DNA of 64,000 nt from an uncultured cyanobacterium (GCA_963803805.1 CAWDOD010000004.1:32001-96000); one strand, 5' to 3'; numbered from the stretch's first letter, positions 1 to 10,089 are shown. Numbers and translations: made by a program. Notes: generated by a model not told the origin, from the sequence alone.

Positions 1-3000
1 ATCTGCGAAAAACCGGAAACAGTGATTTTCCCAGACTTATTGAAGGCAATTAAATCAGGATTAATCTTGCCTGTATCTGAGTTAAATCCGGAACTATTAA
101 TCCAAAAGTTTAAATTCCTCCATGACCGAGTTCAGCAAGCTGCTTATGCCTTAATTGATCAAGTGCAAAAACAAGAGTTTCACTTACAAATTGGTCGCCT
201 GCTGCTGCAAAACACTGCACCAGAGGTGTTATCAGAAAATATATTTGAAATCGTCAATCATCTCAATCTTGGTGTTGACCTTGTAACTTCTCTACAAGAA
301 CAAGAGGAGATTGCTAAACTAAATTTGAAAGCAGGGAAAAAAGCCAAAGCAGCAACGGCCTATAGAGCAGCAACTGACTATTTGAAGGGAGGACTACAAC
401 TGCTGAGTACCGATAGTTGGCAGAGTCAGTATGACCTCACTTTAAGTCTCTACTCAGAAGCCGTAGAAGCCAGCTATCTCAACGGTAACTTTAACGAAAT
501 GGAACAGTTGGCTATTCCAGTAGAAAACAATGCCAAAACTGTACTTGATAAGGTAAAAGTCTACGATAGTAAAATTCAAGCTGCTGTGTCACAGGGAAAT
601 CTCAAAGAAGCAATTGAAATTGGATTACAAGTATTGGAGCAGTTGGGAATAAGTTTTCCAGAAAATCCCAGCCAGTTGGATATTCAAAGAGGATTGGAGG
701 AAACAGCTTCTCTCTATGCTGAAAGAAACATCTCAGAATTGATTCACTTGCCTGCTATGACTGATCCGCAAGTGCAGGCATCTCTTTGCATCTTATCTAG
801 CATAGCTGCTGCAACATATATGACAAATCCAAACCTTTTGGCAATAGTACTTTGCATAATGGCTAAATTATCAATGCAGTATGGTCATGCTGTTTGGTCG
901 TCCTTTAGCTATGCAGCCTATGGAGCGCTTTTAGTGGGAATTTGTCACGAAATTGAAACAGCCTACCAGTTTGGTCAATTAAGCTTGTCCTTAACTCATA
1001 AACTCAATGACAAACGAGGGAACGCCAAAACCTTTAATATTTTGTATGGTCATATCATGCACTGGAAAGAACACCCAAAAGCTCTACTTCCTATGTTGCT
1101 CAAAGGGTATCAGGATGGTATTGAGACAGGAGATGTTGAACACGCTGCTTATACAGCATTTCACTATGGCGAATTTGGCTATTGCTTAGGGCAGGAACTT
1201 ACAGAACTCGAACAAATCTTAGCAACGTACAGCCACGCCATTCACCAAATTCATCAAGAAAATCAATTTTATTGGTTAGCAACATTTTGGCAAGCGGTCT
1301 TAAATTTACTAGAAGCACCAGAAGATCCAACGAAGCTTATAGGTAAGGCTTATGACGAACAGGTCGATGTGCCACGTGCTTTGCAAACTAGTCATCACAC
1401 TGAATTATTTTTGTTCTATATCAACAAAAGTATCCTGACCTATCTGTTTGGAGTTAATCATCAAGCCAAAGAAAATATTGAGCTAGCTGCCAACTATTTG
1501 GATAGCGTCATGGCCACTTTTGTAGTCGCTCTCTTTTATTTCTATGATTCGCTGATTCATTTACGAAGATGGAATCAGTATTCTATGAAAGAACAAGGGA
1601 TTTGGCGAGTAAAGATTGAGGCAAACCAGGAAAAGATGCGTCTTTGGGCAAACCACGCCCCCATGAATCATCAACACAAGTTCCATTTGGTAGAGGCTGA
1701 GAAAGCAAGGGTGTTAGGGCAAATATTAGAGGCGGAAGAGTTTTATGAAAAAGCGATCGCAGGTGCTAGAGAAAACAGTTACCTTCAAGAAGAAGCATTG
1801 GCTTATGAATTAGCCGCCAAGTTTTATCTAGAGCGTGGCAGGGAAAGAATTGCTCAAACCTATATGAAAGAGGCACACTATGCCTACACACGTTGGGGAG
1901 CAAAGGCAAAAGTCAAGGACTTAGAAGCCAAGTATCCCCAGCTACTACCTAAATCCTCATCTACTAAGAGTATTACTTCCACCTACACAACTATCAACTC
2001 CACAAGTGATAGTTACTCCGGTGAAGCCTTGGATTTAGCCAGCTTGATGAAAGCATCCCAAGCCATTGGTCGTGAAATCGTCCTGGATAAATTACTTGCC
2101 AATCTGATGAAAATCATGATTGAGAATGCCGGAGCGCAAAAAGGATTCTTGTTACTACAGTCTCAGTTCAATTCAGAGAAGGGAACGGGACAATGGCGAA
2201 TTGAAGCATCTGGTGAGGCGGATAACGATGTCGTTTCTGTTTTGGAGTCCGTTTCTGTTGAGCAATATCTACCCATATCCCTCATCAATTATGTCGCCCA
2301 TGCTCAAGATACGGTGGTTTTAAGTAATGCCACAAACCAGGGTCACTTTACCCACGACCCCTACATCAAACAGCATCAGAGCAAATCAATTCTCTGTACT
2401 CCCTTCCTCAACCAAGGTCAACTCATCGGTATTGTTTATCTAGAGAATAACCTGACTACTGATGCTTTTACTCCTGATAGGACACAAATTTTGCAACTCT
2501 TATCAGGACAAGCAGCTATTGCCATTACCAATGCCAAACTCTACGCCGAAGTAAAAGAAAGGGAAGGAAGACTGATTCAATACTTAGAAGCGATGCCAAT
2601 GGGTATATCTGTCCACTCCCCCACAGGAGAACTCCACTATATCAACCAGATGGCACAACAATTACTGGGCATCAACATAGCTCCAAAAGCCAAAACCAAG
2701 GAAATGGCTCAAGCTTATCAAGTTTATCGTGCCGGAAGCCAACAGTTGTACCCCACTGATCAAATGCCCATAGTGCGTTCCCTGGCGGGTGAAACTGCCA
2801 AAGCTGACGATTTAGAACTTCACTTACCCAATAAAATCCTCCCCTTAGAAGTTTCCACAACACCGATTTTCGATGAACAAGGCAAGATTGCCTTTGCTAT
2901 TGCAGCTTTTCAAGATATTACCAAACGTAAAAAATCTGAACAGTTACTGAGTTCGAGTGAACGCAAACTTCGAGCTATTTTTAACGGAACATTTCAGTTT

Positions 3001-4404
3001 ACTGGAATGCTAAACAGGGAGGGCATTCTTTTAGAAGCCAACCAAACTGCTCTGGATTTTGGGGGATTGCAACCTGCGGATGTAGTGGGAAAGCCCTTTT
3101 GGGACTGCCATTGGTGGGGAACTTCTCCAGAGATACAAATCCAACTCCAAGAAGCCATTGCTCAAGCTATTTCTGGTCAATTTATCCGCTATGAGGTAGA
3201 GGTGTTAGGTGCAGGAGATCGTATTGCTACCATTGACTTTTCCATTAAACCGATTTGGGACGAAAGCAAAACCGTTGAATATCTAATTGTAGAGGGACGC
3301 GATATTAGCGATCGCAAACAAGCAGAAAAGTTAATCGCTGAATATAATCGCACCTTAGAAACTCAAGTCACTGAACGTACCCAAGAACTCTCACAAGCAC
3401 TCGAAGAACTCAAAGCCACTCAAAACGAACTGATACAATCAGAAAAGATGGCGGCTTTGGGACAACTCATTGCTGGAGTTGCCCACGAAGTTAATACACC
3501 CCTGGGAGCCATTCGTTCTTCTGCGGGAAATATTGCCAATTTCTTAGACCAAACCCTAGAAGAATTACCCCGATTACTTCAATCCCTATCCTCAGAAGAC
3601 TCTGCAACTTTTTTAGACCTACTACAACGCTCACTGCAACAACAAGCAGCTTTTTCTACTAGAGAAGAGCGCAAGTTGAGAAGAGCCTTAAGACGAAAAC
3701 TAGAAAACTGGGAAATTGATAATGCTTCTCTCATTGCTGACAGGTTGGTGATTATGGGAATTACAGACGAAATTGAGGAGTTTTTGCCTCTGTTAACCAG
3801 ACCCGACAGTCTTCCCATTATAGACATTGCCCATAAACTTTCTGAATTAAAAAGAGGCACGACTATTATTAATACCTCCACAGACAGAGCCTCGAAAGTG
3901 GTGTTTGCCTTGAAATCCTACGCCCGTTATGATCAGTCTGACCAAAAGACCATCGCCAAACTAACAGAGGGGATAGAAACGGTCTTAACCCTCTATCAAA
4001 ATCAACTCAAACAGGGGGTTGAGGTAATTAGGAACTATGGGGAAATTCCACCGATACTCTGTTATCCAGATGAACTAAATCAGGTGTGGACAAACCTGGT
4101 TCATAATGCCTTACAAGGGATGGATAACCGGGGGACTTTAACTATTGATATAGCTCGAGTTGACCAGGAAGCAAAGATTAGCATTACCGATAGTGGTTGT
4201 GGGATACCAGAGGAAATTCAAGGGAAAATATTTGAGCCATTTTTTACTACTAAGCCTGTGGGAGAAGGTAGTGGTTTGGGGCTGAATATTGTCAAGAAAA
4301 TAATTGATAAACATTCCGGTAATATCACTGTAGAAAGTCAACCAGGTCGTACAACATTTGATGTTTTTATCCCAATTGAACCTGATGGGGAACTGGAGAG
4401 ATAA
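1..4404 (+). CDS. Multi-domain sensor histidine kinase (C-terminal part of a Ser/Thr kinase-AAA ATPase-GAF-PAS-PAS-histidine kinase type protein), 5'-truncated by the window
   Basis: Frame is open from base 1. FKFLHDRVQQAAY is typical of AAA-ATPase/HK fusions; GAF (YLENNL), two PAS regions, H-box AGVAHEVNTPLG, N-box LNQVWTNLVHNA, G-boxes DSGCGI, FFTTK, GSGLGL. Confidence 0.9.
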   Translation: MCEKPETVIFPDLLKAIKSGLILPVSELNPELLIQKFKFLHDRVQQAAYALIDQVQKQEFHLQIGRLLLQNTAPEVLSENIFEIVNHLNLGVDLVTSLQEQEEIAKLNLKAGKKAKAATAYRAATDYLKGGLQLLSTDSWQSQYDLTLSLYSEAVEASYLNGNFNEMEQLAIPVENNAKTVLDKVKVYDSKIQAAVSQGNLKEAIEIGLQVLEQLGISFPENPSQLDIQRGLEETASLYAERNISELIHLPAMTDPQVQASLCILSSIAAATYMTNPNLLAIVLCIMAKLSMQYGHAVWSSFSYAAYGALLVGICHEIETAYQFGQLSLSLTHKLNDKRGNAKTFNILYGHIMHWKEHPKALLPMLLKGYQDGIETGDVEHAAYTAFHYGEFGYCLGQELTELEQILATYSHAIHQIHQENQFYWLATFWQAVLNLLEAPEDPTKLIGKAYDEQVDVPRALQTSHHTELFLFYINKSILTYLFGVNHQAKENIELAANYLDSVMATFVVALFYFYDSLIHLRRWNQYSMKEQGIWRVKIEANQEKMRLWANHAPMNHQHKFHLVEAEKARVLGQILEAEEFYEKAIAGARENSYLQEEALAYELAAKFYLERGRERIAQTYMKEAHYAYTRWGAKAKVKDLEAKYPQLLPKSSSTKSITSTYTTINSTSDSYSGEALDLASLMKASQAIGREIVLDKLLANLMKIMIENAGAQKGFLLLQSQFNSEKGTGQWRIEASGEADNDVVSVLESVSVEQYLPISLINYVAHAQDTVVLSNATNQGHFTHDPYIKQHQSKSILCTPFLNQGQLIGIVYLENNLTTDAFTPDRTQILQLLSGQAAIAITNAKLYAEVKEREGRLIQYLEAMPMGISVHSPTGELHYINQMAQQLLGINIAPKAKTKEMAQAYQVYRAGSQQLYPTDQMPIVRSLAGETAKADDLELHLPNKILPLEVSTTPIFDEQGKIAFAIAAFQDITKRKKSEQLLSSSERKLRAIFNGTFQFTGMLNREGILLEANQTALDFGGLQPADVVGKPFWDCHWWGTSPEIQIQLQEAIAQAISGQFIRYEVEVLGAGDRIATIDFSIKPIWDESKTVEYLIVEGRDISDRKQAEKLIAEYNRTLETQVTERTQELSQALEELKATQNELIQSEKMAALGQLIAGVAHEVNTPLGAIRSSAGNIANFLDQTLEELPRLLQSLSSEDSATFLDLLQRSLQQQAAFSTREERKLRRALRRKLENWEIDNASLIADRLVIMGITDEIEEFLPLLTRPDSLPIIDIAHKLSELKRGTTIINTSTDRASKVVFALKSYARYDQSDQKTIAKLTEGIETVLTLYQNQLKQGVEVIRNYGEIPPILCYPDELNQVWTNLVHNALQGMDNRGTLTIDIARVDQEAKISITDSGCGIPEEIQGKIFEPFFTTKPVGEGSGLGLNIVKKIIDKHSGNITVESQPGRTTFDVFIPIEPDGELER

Positions 4405-4516
4405 TACGGCTCTACCGAACTTACAATGAACCTATCCCACTCAGATAGTCGTCCCTGAAAAACCGCCCTTAATTTCAAGTGTCGCTTTAGAAACGAGTTG
4501 ACTAACTTACGTATGA

Positions 4517-5776
4517 TTAGCAACTAACAGGAATTTCAATAATAAACTCAGCACCTTCTCCTACAGAAGAAATACAGTCGAGCTTTCCTTGGTGTTTATC
4601 GACTATAATCTGACGAGAAATAGATAACCCTAAACCTGTACCTAAACCTACTTTTTTGGTCGTAAAAAGATGATTAAAAGCCTGTTCCTGCACTTCAGAA
4701 GACATTCCTAAACCATTATCTTTAATAGTAATTAAAATACTTTTTCTATCTTCTTTAAATTGAGTACTAATAATAATTTTATGGGGACAATCTTTCATTT
4801 CCAAATAAGAACGTCCTAAACTAGCTTCGTTAATAGAATCAATAGCATTGGCAAGCAAATTCATAAACACTTGATTCAATTGCCCAGGAAAACATTCTAC
4901 TTGAGGTAAAGAAGCATATTTTTTAATTACTTCAATTTCTGGGCGTTGAGTATCAGCTTTGAGGCGATGCCTAAGAATAATTAGGGTACTGTCAATGCCG
5001 TCGTGAATATTACAACTTACTGGTTGATCAGTATCGGCGCGAGAGAAAATTCTTAGGGACTTGCTTAAATTAACAATTCTCTCTGTCCCGAACTTCATAG
5101 AAGTTACTACTTTAGGAAAATCTTCGATCAGAAAATCCAGATCAATTTCTTCGGCGTGTTCTTTAATTTCTGGTAATAAATAGTCTGAATTTTTTTGATA
5201 GAGTTGCAAATGATTAATTAAGTCTTCACTATACTCTTGCGACTGGCTAAGATTACCATTAATAAAGCCGATGGGATTGTTAATTTCATGGGCAATACTA
5301 GCAACCAATTGACCAAGGGCAGACATTTTTTCACTTTGGACAAGTTGAATCTGAGCTTGCTGTAGGTGATCGCGGTTATTTCTTAAGTCCTGAACACATT
5401 TAAGAGTACGATTGGTTGTTGTGAGCAGATCGTCAAAATCAATGGGCTTAATTAAGAAATCGAAAGCCCCCAAGTTCATAGCAGTTCTAATATTCCTCAT
5501 ATCATCATAGGCAGACACCACCACCGCTTTAAGAGTTTCGTCTATTTCTGGAAGCAGCCCCAGCAGAGTCAGCCCATCCATCTCTGGCATATTAAGATCT
5601 GTCAACACCATATCCACTGCACAGTTTTTGTCATAGAGCTTTTCTAGAGCTTCCCTGCCGTTAGAAGCGAAGATTAGCTCAAATTCTTTAGCGCGGATAA
5701 ATTTTCGTAGTCGTTGCTTGATAAGACGCTCAAATTCTAACTCATCATCAACCACTAGGATTTTTGCTGGTGTCAT
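4517..5776 (-). CDS. Hybrid response regulator receiver-histidine kinase
   Basis: REC (ILVVDD, TDLNMPEMDG, KP), H-box AHEINNPIGF, HATPase (NLLANAID, DNGLGM, GTGLGL). Confidence 0.9.
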   Translation of the reverse strand: MTPAKILVVDDELEFERLIKQRLRKFIRAKEFELIFASNGREALEKLYDKNCAVDMVLTDLNMPEMDGLTLLGLLPEIDETLKAVVVSAYDDMRNIRTAMNLGAFDFLIKPIDFDDLLTTTNRTLKCVQDLRNNRDHLQQAQIQLVQSEKMSALGQLVASIAHEINNPIGFINGNLSQSQEYSEDLINHLQLYQKNSDYLLPEIKEHAEEIDLDFLIEDFPKVVTSMKFGTERIVNLSKSLRIFSRADTDQPVSCNIHDGIDSTLIILRHRLKADTQRPEIEVIKKYASLPQVECFPGQLNQVFMNLLANAIDSINEASLGRSYLEMKDCPHKIIISTQFKEDRKSILITIKDNGLGMSSEVQEQAFNHLFTTKKVGLGTGLGLSISRQIIVDKHQGKLDCISSVGEGAEFIIEIPVSC

Positions 5777-5791
5777 ATTCCTTTTGAAACA

Positions 5792-7531
5792 TTAAGTATT
5801 GACTTTTTTGATAAAATCTCCAACAGCTTGCCCCTCGATAGGGCGAGAAATTAAGTATCCCTGGGCGCAGTCACATCCTAGTGATTGAAGGGTTTCTAAC
5901 TGTTCTTGAGTTTCAATACCTTCGGCGATCGCATCTAGTCCCAGAGAGTGGGCTAAGGTGATAATGGTTTTGGCAATATCAATGTTTTTGCCTTTTCCCT
6001 GAATATCTTTGATGAAAGAACGGTCAATTTTGAGAGTATCAATAGGAAAAGCTTGGAGATATGCTAGGGAAGAATAGCCTGTACCAAAGTCATCAATGGA
6101 TAGTTTAATATCCCTTGTTTTGAGTTCCTTAAGCAACTCAATAGCTGCTGAGCCATTCTTCATCAAAATACTCTCGGTAATTTCTAGCTTTAAGTTTGAG
6201 CCAGTTAAACCTGACTCTTCTAAAGTTTCATCAATTGAGTTGAGCAAGTCTGAATTACTAATTTGAATTCCTGATAAGTTAACGCTGATATTTTCCGGGC
6301 AATCATCTAGGAATTGTTCTTGCCACTGCTTTAGTTGCTGGCAAGCTTTTAATAGAACCCACTTACCTAAAGGAACAATTAATCCTGTTTCTTCTGCTAA
6401 GGGAATAAACTCCATAGGGAGAATGATACCTTTCTGGGGGTGTTCCCACCTCACCAAAGCTTCTAAACTAACAATTCTGTTAGTTTGCAAAGACATAATG
6501 GGCTGATAGAGAACTTTTAGTTGCTGCTCATCTAAAGCTTCCTGTAAGTCCGCTTCTAACTTCAAACGCTTGGTAGCCCCAGTTTGCATACTAGGAAAAA
6601 AGATCTCTGTATTAGTTCCTTCTTGAACCTTGGCATGGTTCATCGCTGTATCCGCAGCCCGCAAAAAGTCTTCTGGATCTTCGTAATCAATGGTACTATC
6701 GACAATGCCAATGTAGGTAGAAGAAGAGACTAAAGAGCCGTTGAGTTGGAAAGGAATTTTAATTTCTTGGTGAATTTGTTCTGCTTTTTGCTTTGCCTCA
6801 TCTATATCCTTGATATCTTTGAGAATAATAGCGAATTCATTAGTACCTACACGGGCTACCGTATCCATAGGTTCAACACATTTTTCTAAGCGCTGGGCCA
6901 TTTCTACTAACAGACGATCACTTAATTCGTGGCCCAAGCCATATTTAACAATGGGATAGCTATCTAAGTAAACAAAGAGGATCGCAAAAACACTATTTTG
7001 TTGCTGTACCTGTTCAAGACACATAGCCGCAGCAATGCGATGGAGAATCAAACATCGGTTGGGCAGTTTCGTAAGCTGGTCATAAAAAGCCATCTCCTGG
7101 AGCTTACCTAAAGCTTCTTGGAGTTGATTCTGTTGCTTTCTTAGCTGCTTAACAAACTTTAAAGTTTTTTGGATTGTCACCTTCAAATCATCGAAATCAA
7201 TGGGCTTTACTAAAAAATCAAAAGCCCCTCGATTCATAGCTGTTCTAATATTACTCATATCACCATAGGCAGATACCACCACAGCTTTAAGAGTTTGGTC
7301 TATTTCTGGTAATAAACCAAGTAAAGTAAGACCGTCCATTTCTGGCATATTAATGTCAGTAAGAACCATCTCTATAGCTTGTTCGCTTTGTAATTTCTCC
7401 AATGCTTCTTTGCCATTGTGGGCAAATAGTAACTCAAATTCCTTGGCACGAATATGTTTTTTTAAGCGTTGTTTGATGAGACGTTCTAGCTCTAATTCAT
7501 CATCAACTATTAAGATTTTTGTTTTTGTCAT
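5792..7531 (-). CDS. REC-GGDEF(degenerate)-EAL protein, probable c-di-GMP phosphodiesterase
   Basis: N-terminal REC; GGDEF motif replaced by GTNEF; intact EAL motifs (EALVRW, SVNLS, LEITES, DDFGTGYSSL, LKIDRSF, AEGIE, QGY). Confidence 0.9.
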   Translation of the reverse strand: MTKTKILIVDDELELERLIKQRLKKHIRAKEFELLFAHNGKEALEKLQSEQAIEMVLTDINMPEMDGLTLLGLLPEIDQTLKAVVVSAYGDMSNIRTAMNRGAFDFLVKPIDFDDLKVTIQKTLKFVKQLRKQQNQLQEALGKLQEMAFYDQLTKLPNRCLILHRIAAAMCLEQVQQQNSVFAILFVYLDSYPIVKYGLGHELSDRLLVEMAQRLEKCVEPMDTVARVGTNEFAIILKDIKDIDEAKQKAEQIHQEIKIPFQLNGSLVSSSTYIGIVDSTIDYEDPEDFLRAADTAMNHAKVQEGTNTEIFFPSMQTGATKRLKLEADLQEALDEQQLKVLYQPIMSLQTNRIVSLEALVRWEHPQKGIILPMEFIPLAEETGLIVPLGKWVLLKACQQLKQWQEQFLDDCPENISVNLSGIQISNSDLLNSIDETLEESGLTGSNLKLEITESILMKNGSAAIELLKELKTRDIKLSIDDFGTGYSSLAYLQAFPIDTLKIDRSFIKDIQGKGKNIDIAKTIITLAHSLGLDAIAEGIETQEQLETLQSLGCDCAQGYLISRPIEGQAVGDFIKKVNT

Positions 7532-8153
7532 GTCAATTCTGGGGTCGGATGTTTAATTTAATCTGGTAAAGCACCTAAATGTATTATTCCCACCTTTTTT
7601 GTACTAGCCAAATAAAATCTGCTATTTCTTCTTAAGAGCAATTTCTTCTAGTTGTTACTTGTTTTTTAGCCCTAGAAAGTTTCCAGCTAAAATTAGACTA
7701 ATTGACAAAAGGCCTTGTCCCACTTGAAGGTTACACCTTGGTAGCTAATACTTTTGAAGAGACAGTTAAAAGGCGGTTTTGGACTCAGTTAAGGTCAATT
7801 GGCATCTTAAGTTTGGGAGGTGGCAATTAAGGGCTTTTGAGGTTTAAAGATCATTTTGCATTATCCTCCTTAGACAAGCAAATAAGCATTTGGGCTTTAA
7901 AAATAACAGTTAGATTGACAGTACCGTAGAGGTTTTAAAGGTTGTAGTTAAAGTCATTGAATTGGGCAAATTCAAGTTTGAAATGTACTTAAAGATAGAT
8001 GCTAGCTTATTAAGTTGTGATAGATGAACAGTTTGACTCAATTTATGCCAAACAACAATATAGCTTAGGAATATTACCTTCATCCAGGACTGCCGTCACA
8101 AGCAGACTGTGATGTGAAGAACTTGATTTAATAAAAGCTTTGCTATTAGGTGA

Positions 8154-9464
8154 TTAGACAGCTTTTTGGGGTAAAGTAATAATAAATGTTGTGTGTTCTC
8201 CTAATTGGGTTTCTACTTTAAGAGTTCCCCGATGCTGCTTAACAATAATATCGTGGGTCATAGATAGCCCTAAACCTGTTCCCTCACCAGTCTGCTTAGT
8301 TGTAAAGAAAGGATTAAAAATTTTCTCTTGAAGTTCTGGTTCAATGCCTATACCATTGTCGAAGATACGAATTTCGATAGTCTCACCAAGATTTTTAGTT
8401 GTAATACTAAGTTTAGGTTCAAAAACCTCTTGATTAGCTTCTTGCAAATATTTTCGTTGTTTTGCTTCCACAGCATAAAAAGCATTATCGAGTAAATTGA
8501 TTAAAGCACGACTTAGATCAGAAGGAACTAATTCAAGTTTATTTATGTCTTGGTCATATTCAGTTTCTATAGCGACTTGAGAAGAATTTTTTTGGGCAAT
8601 TTTACTATGACAAGCCCATTCAACTGTTTCAGCTAAGAAGGTATTAAATACAATTAATTGACGCTGCCCTCTTTCACTACGGGAGTGTTGCATCATGTTA
8701 TCAATAATACTTTCTGCTCTTTGGCCATGCTTATGGATAGCTCTCGCATTTTCTTTAACATCAACTAAAACTTCTTCAATATATTTAAAGTCTTCTGAAT
8801 TAATATTTGCTGCCTGTTTACTTAGTTCTTCAATAATTTCATCTGTGAGTTCTACTGAGCCTTCAGCATAGTTATTAATAATATTCAAGGGATTGCGTAT
8901 TTCATGGGCAATCCCTGCGGTTAGCGCACCGAGAGAAGCAAGTTTTTCTTGAATAATAATCTGTTGTTGAGCTGCTTTGAGTTGCTCTAAAGTTGCTTGT
9001 AAGCTAGTTTCTGCGGCCTTTCTTTGCTCTACTTCTTCTTGCAGTAGCTTATTTTGGGTTTCCAGCATTTTGGTTAAGGTTTGCAAACGCAGATGTACCT
9101 TAATGCGGGCTAATACCTCTTCTGACTGGATTGGTTTAGTAACATAATCTACAGCTCCTAAAGATAAACCTTTAACTTTATTCACTGTCTCATTAAGGGC
9201 AGTCATGAAAATTACGGGAATCTCTTCAGTGGCAGGGTTGGCTTTGAGCCGCCGACAGGTTTCAAATCCATCAATTCCCGGCATCATGACATCTAACAAA
9301 ACTAAGTCTGGTGGTCTATATTCAACTTGCTCAATAGCACTTTCGCCATCAGTAGCAACAGCAACTTTAAAGCCAGCATTCATTAAGGTTGCAGATAATA
9401 CCTCTAAGTTAGTGGGGATATCATCGACAATAAGTATTAGTTGAAAGTCTTTATTTGCGGACAT
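8154..9464 (-). CDS. Hybrid response regulator receiver-histidine kinase
   Basis: REC (IVDD, LLDVMMPGIDG), coiled coil, H-box AHEIRNPLN, HATPase (NLLDNA, DNGIGI, GTGLGL). Confidence 0.9.
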   Translation of the reverse strand: MSANKDFQLILIVDDIPTNLEVLSATLMNAGFKVAVATDGESAIEQVEYRPPDLVLLDVMMPGIDGFETCRRLKANPATEEIPVIFMTALNETVNKVKGLSLGAVDYVTKPIQSEEVLARIKVHLRLQTLTKMLETQNKLLQEEVEQRKAAETSLQATLEQLKAAQQQIIIQEKLASLGALTAGIAHEIRNPLNIINNYAEGSVELTDEIIEELSKQAANINSEDFKYIEEVLVDVKENARAIHKHGQRAESIIDNMMQHSRSERGQRQLIVFNTFLAETVEWACHSKIAQKNSSQVAIETEYDQDINKLELVPSDLSRALINLLDNAFYAVEAKQRKYLQEANQEVFEPKLSITTKNLGETIEIRIFDNGIGIEPELQEKIFNPFFTTKQTGEGTGLGLSMTHDIIVKQHRGTLKVETQLGEHTTFIITLPQKAV

Positions 9465-9491
9465 TGATTTTTAAATAATTTACTTTATCTC

Positions 9492-9528
9492 AGTCAATGG
9501 TGACAAAATTTTTTTGTCACCATTGACT
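9492..9528. repeat. Perfect 17-bp inverted repeat upstream of the REC-HK gene
   Basis: AGTCAATGGTGACAAAA-ttt-TTTTGTCACCATTGACT. Confidence 0.85.
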
Positions 9529-9930
9529 CTTTAACATCTTTCCCAACTACATAGCGAGAATTTTTTGTTCTTGAATTCGCAAAAACGGGGCAGACAAAAT
9601 TTGGCAAGAGTTTTACTGCTCAATTTTCAACAGATATACTCGAAATCCCGGATTAAATTAAGAATTCATCTGTTAAGTCATTTTTTTACCGTTAGAGAAC
9701 AGGTAATCTGGCAGAAACAGTTTATCCCTCGGCGCAATCCCTGATAAACAAAGTATTTTCTTGAAGAGAAAAGTAAAGAAATAAACAAGGTGGCTAGTCT
9801 TTTCAGTATAAATTGCCAAAAATATACACAAATCAAACGTTAGATAGACGCGATCACAAACCTGGATGTTTCATAATTAATCATGCGAGCAAAAAAAATT
9901 AACTCTTAATATTTAGAGTGTTATGTTTTT

Positions 9931-10089
9931 GTTCTTCTAGTTCCTCTTGTTCTCAATTCAAGTGAGCCTAGTTGTAACAATCCTAACTCATCAGGGTTAA
10001 TACTCCCAGTCATCAGGTAACGTAGCTCCCAACCATCAGGTCACAATAATCCCGTCAGCCTAATATTAGGCTAGGCGGGGTTGTTTTTT
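9931..10089 (+). ncRNA. Candidate small RNA with three CATCAGG repeats (5' end uncertain)
   Basis: No ORF; CU-rich 5' segment; CATCAGG at 9989, 10011 and 10034; + strand terminator immediately downstream. Confidence 0.4.
10045..10089 (+). terminator. Rho-independent terminator
   Basis: AATAATCCCGTCAGCCTAA pairs with TTAGGCTAGGCGGGGTTGTT (several G-U pairs possible only on the + strand), followed by a T run. Confidence 0.7.

Noticed and set aside
7702..7830. 42-codon TTG-started + strand ORF in the spacer
   Set aside because: No RBS, no recognisable motif, and opposite to the flanking genes.
9981..10041. CRISPR mini-array or hammerhead ribozyme (CTGATGA on the - strand)
   Set aside because: The units are only 22-23 nt with about 6-nt variable parts, there are no cas genes, and I found no GAAA core or stems completing a hammerhead.
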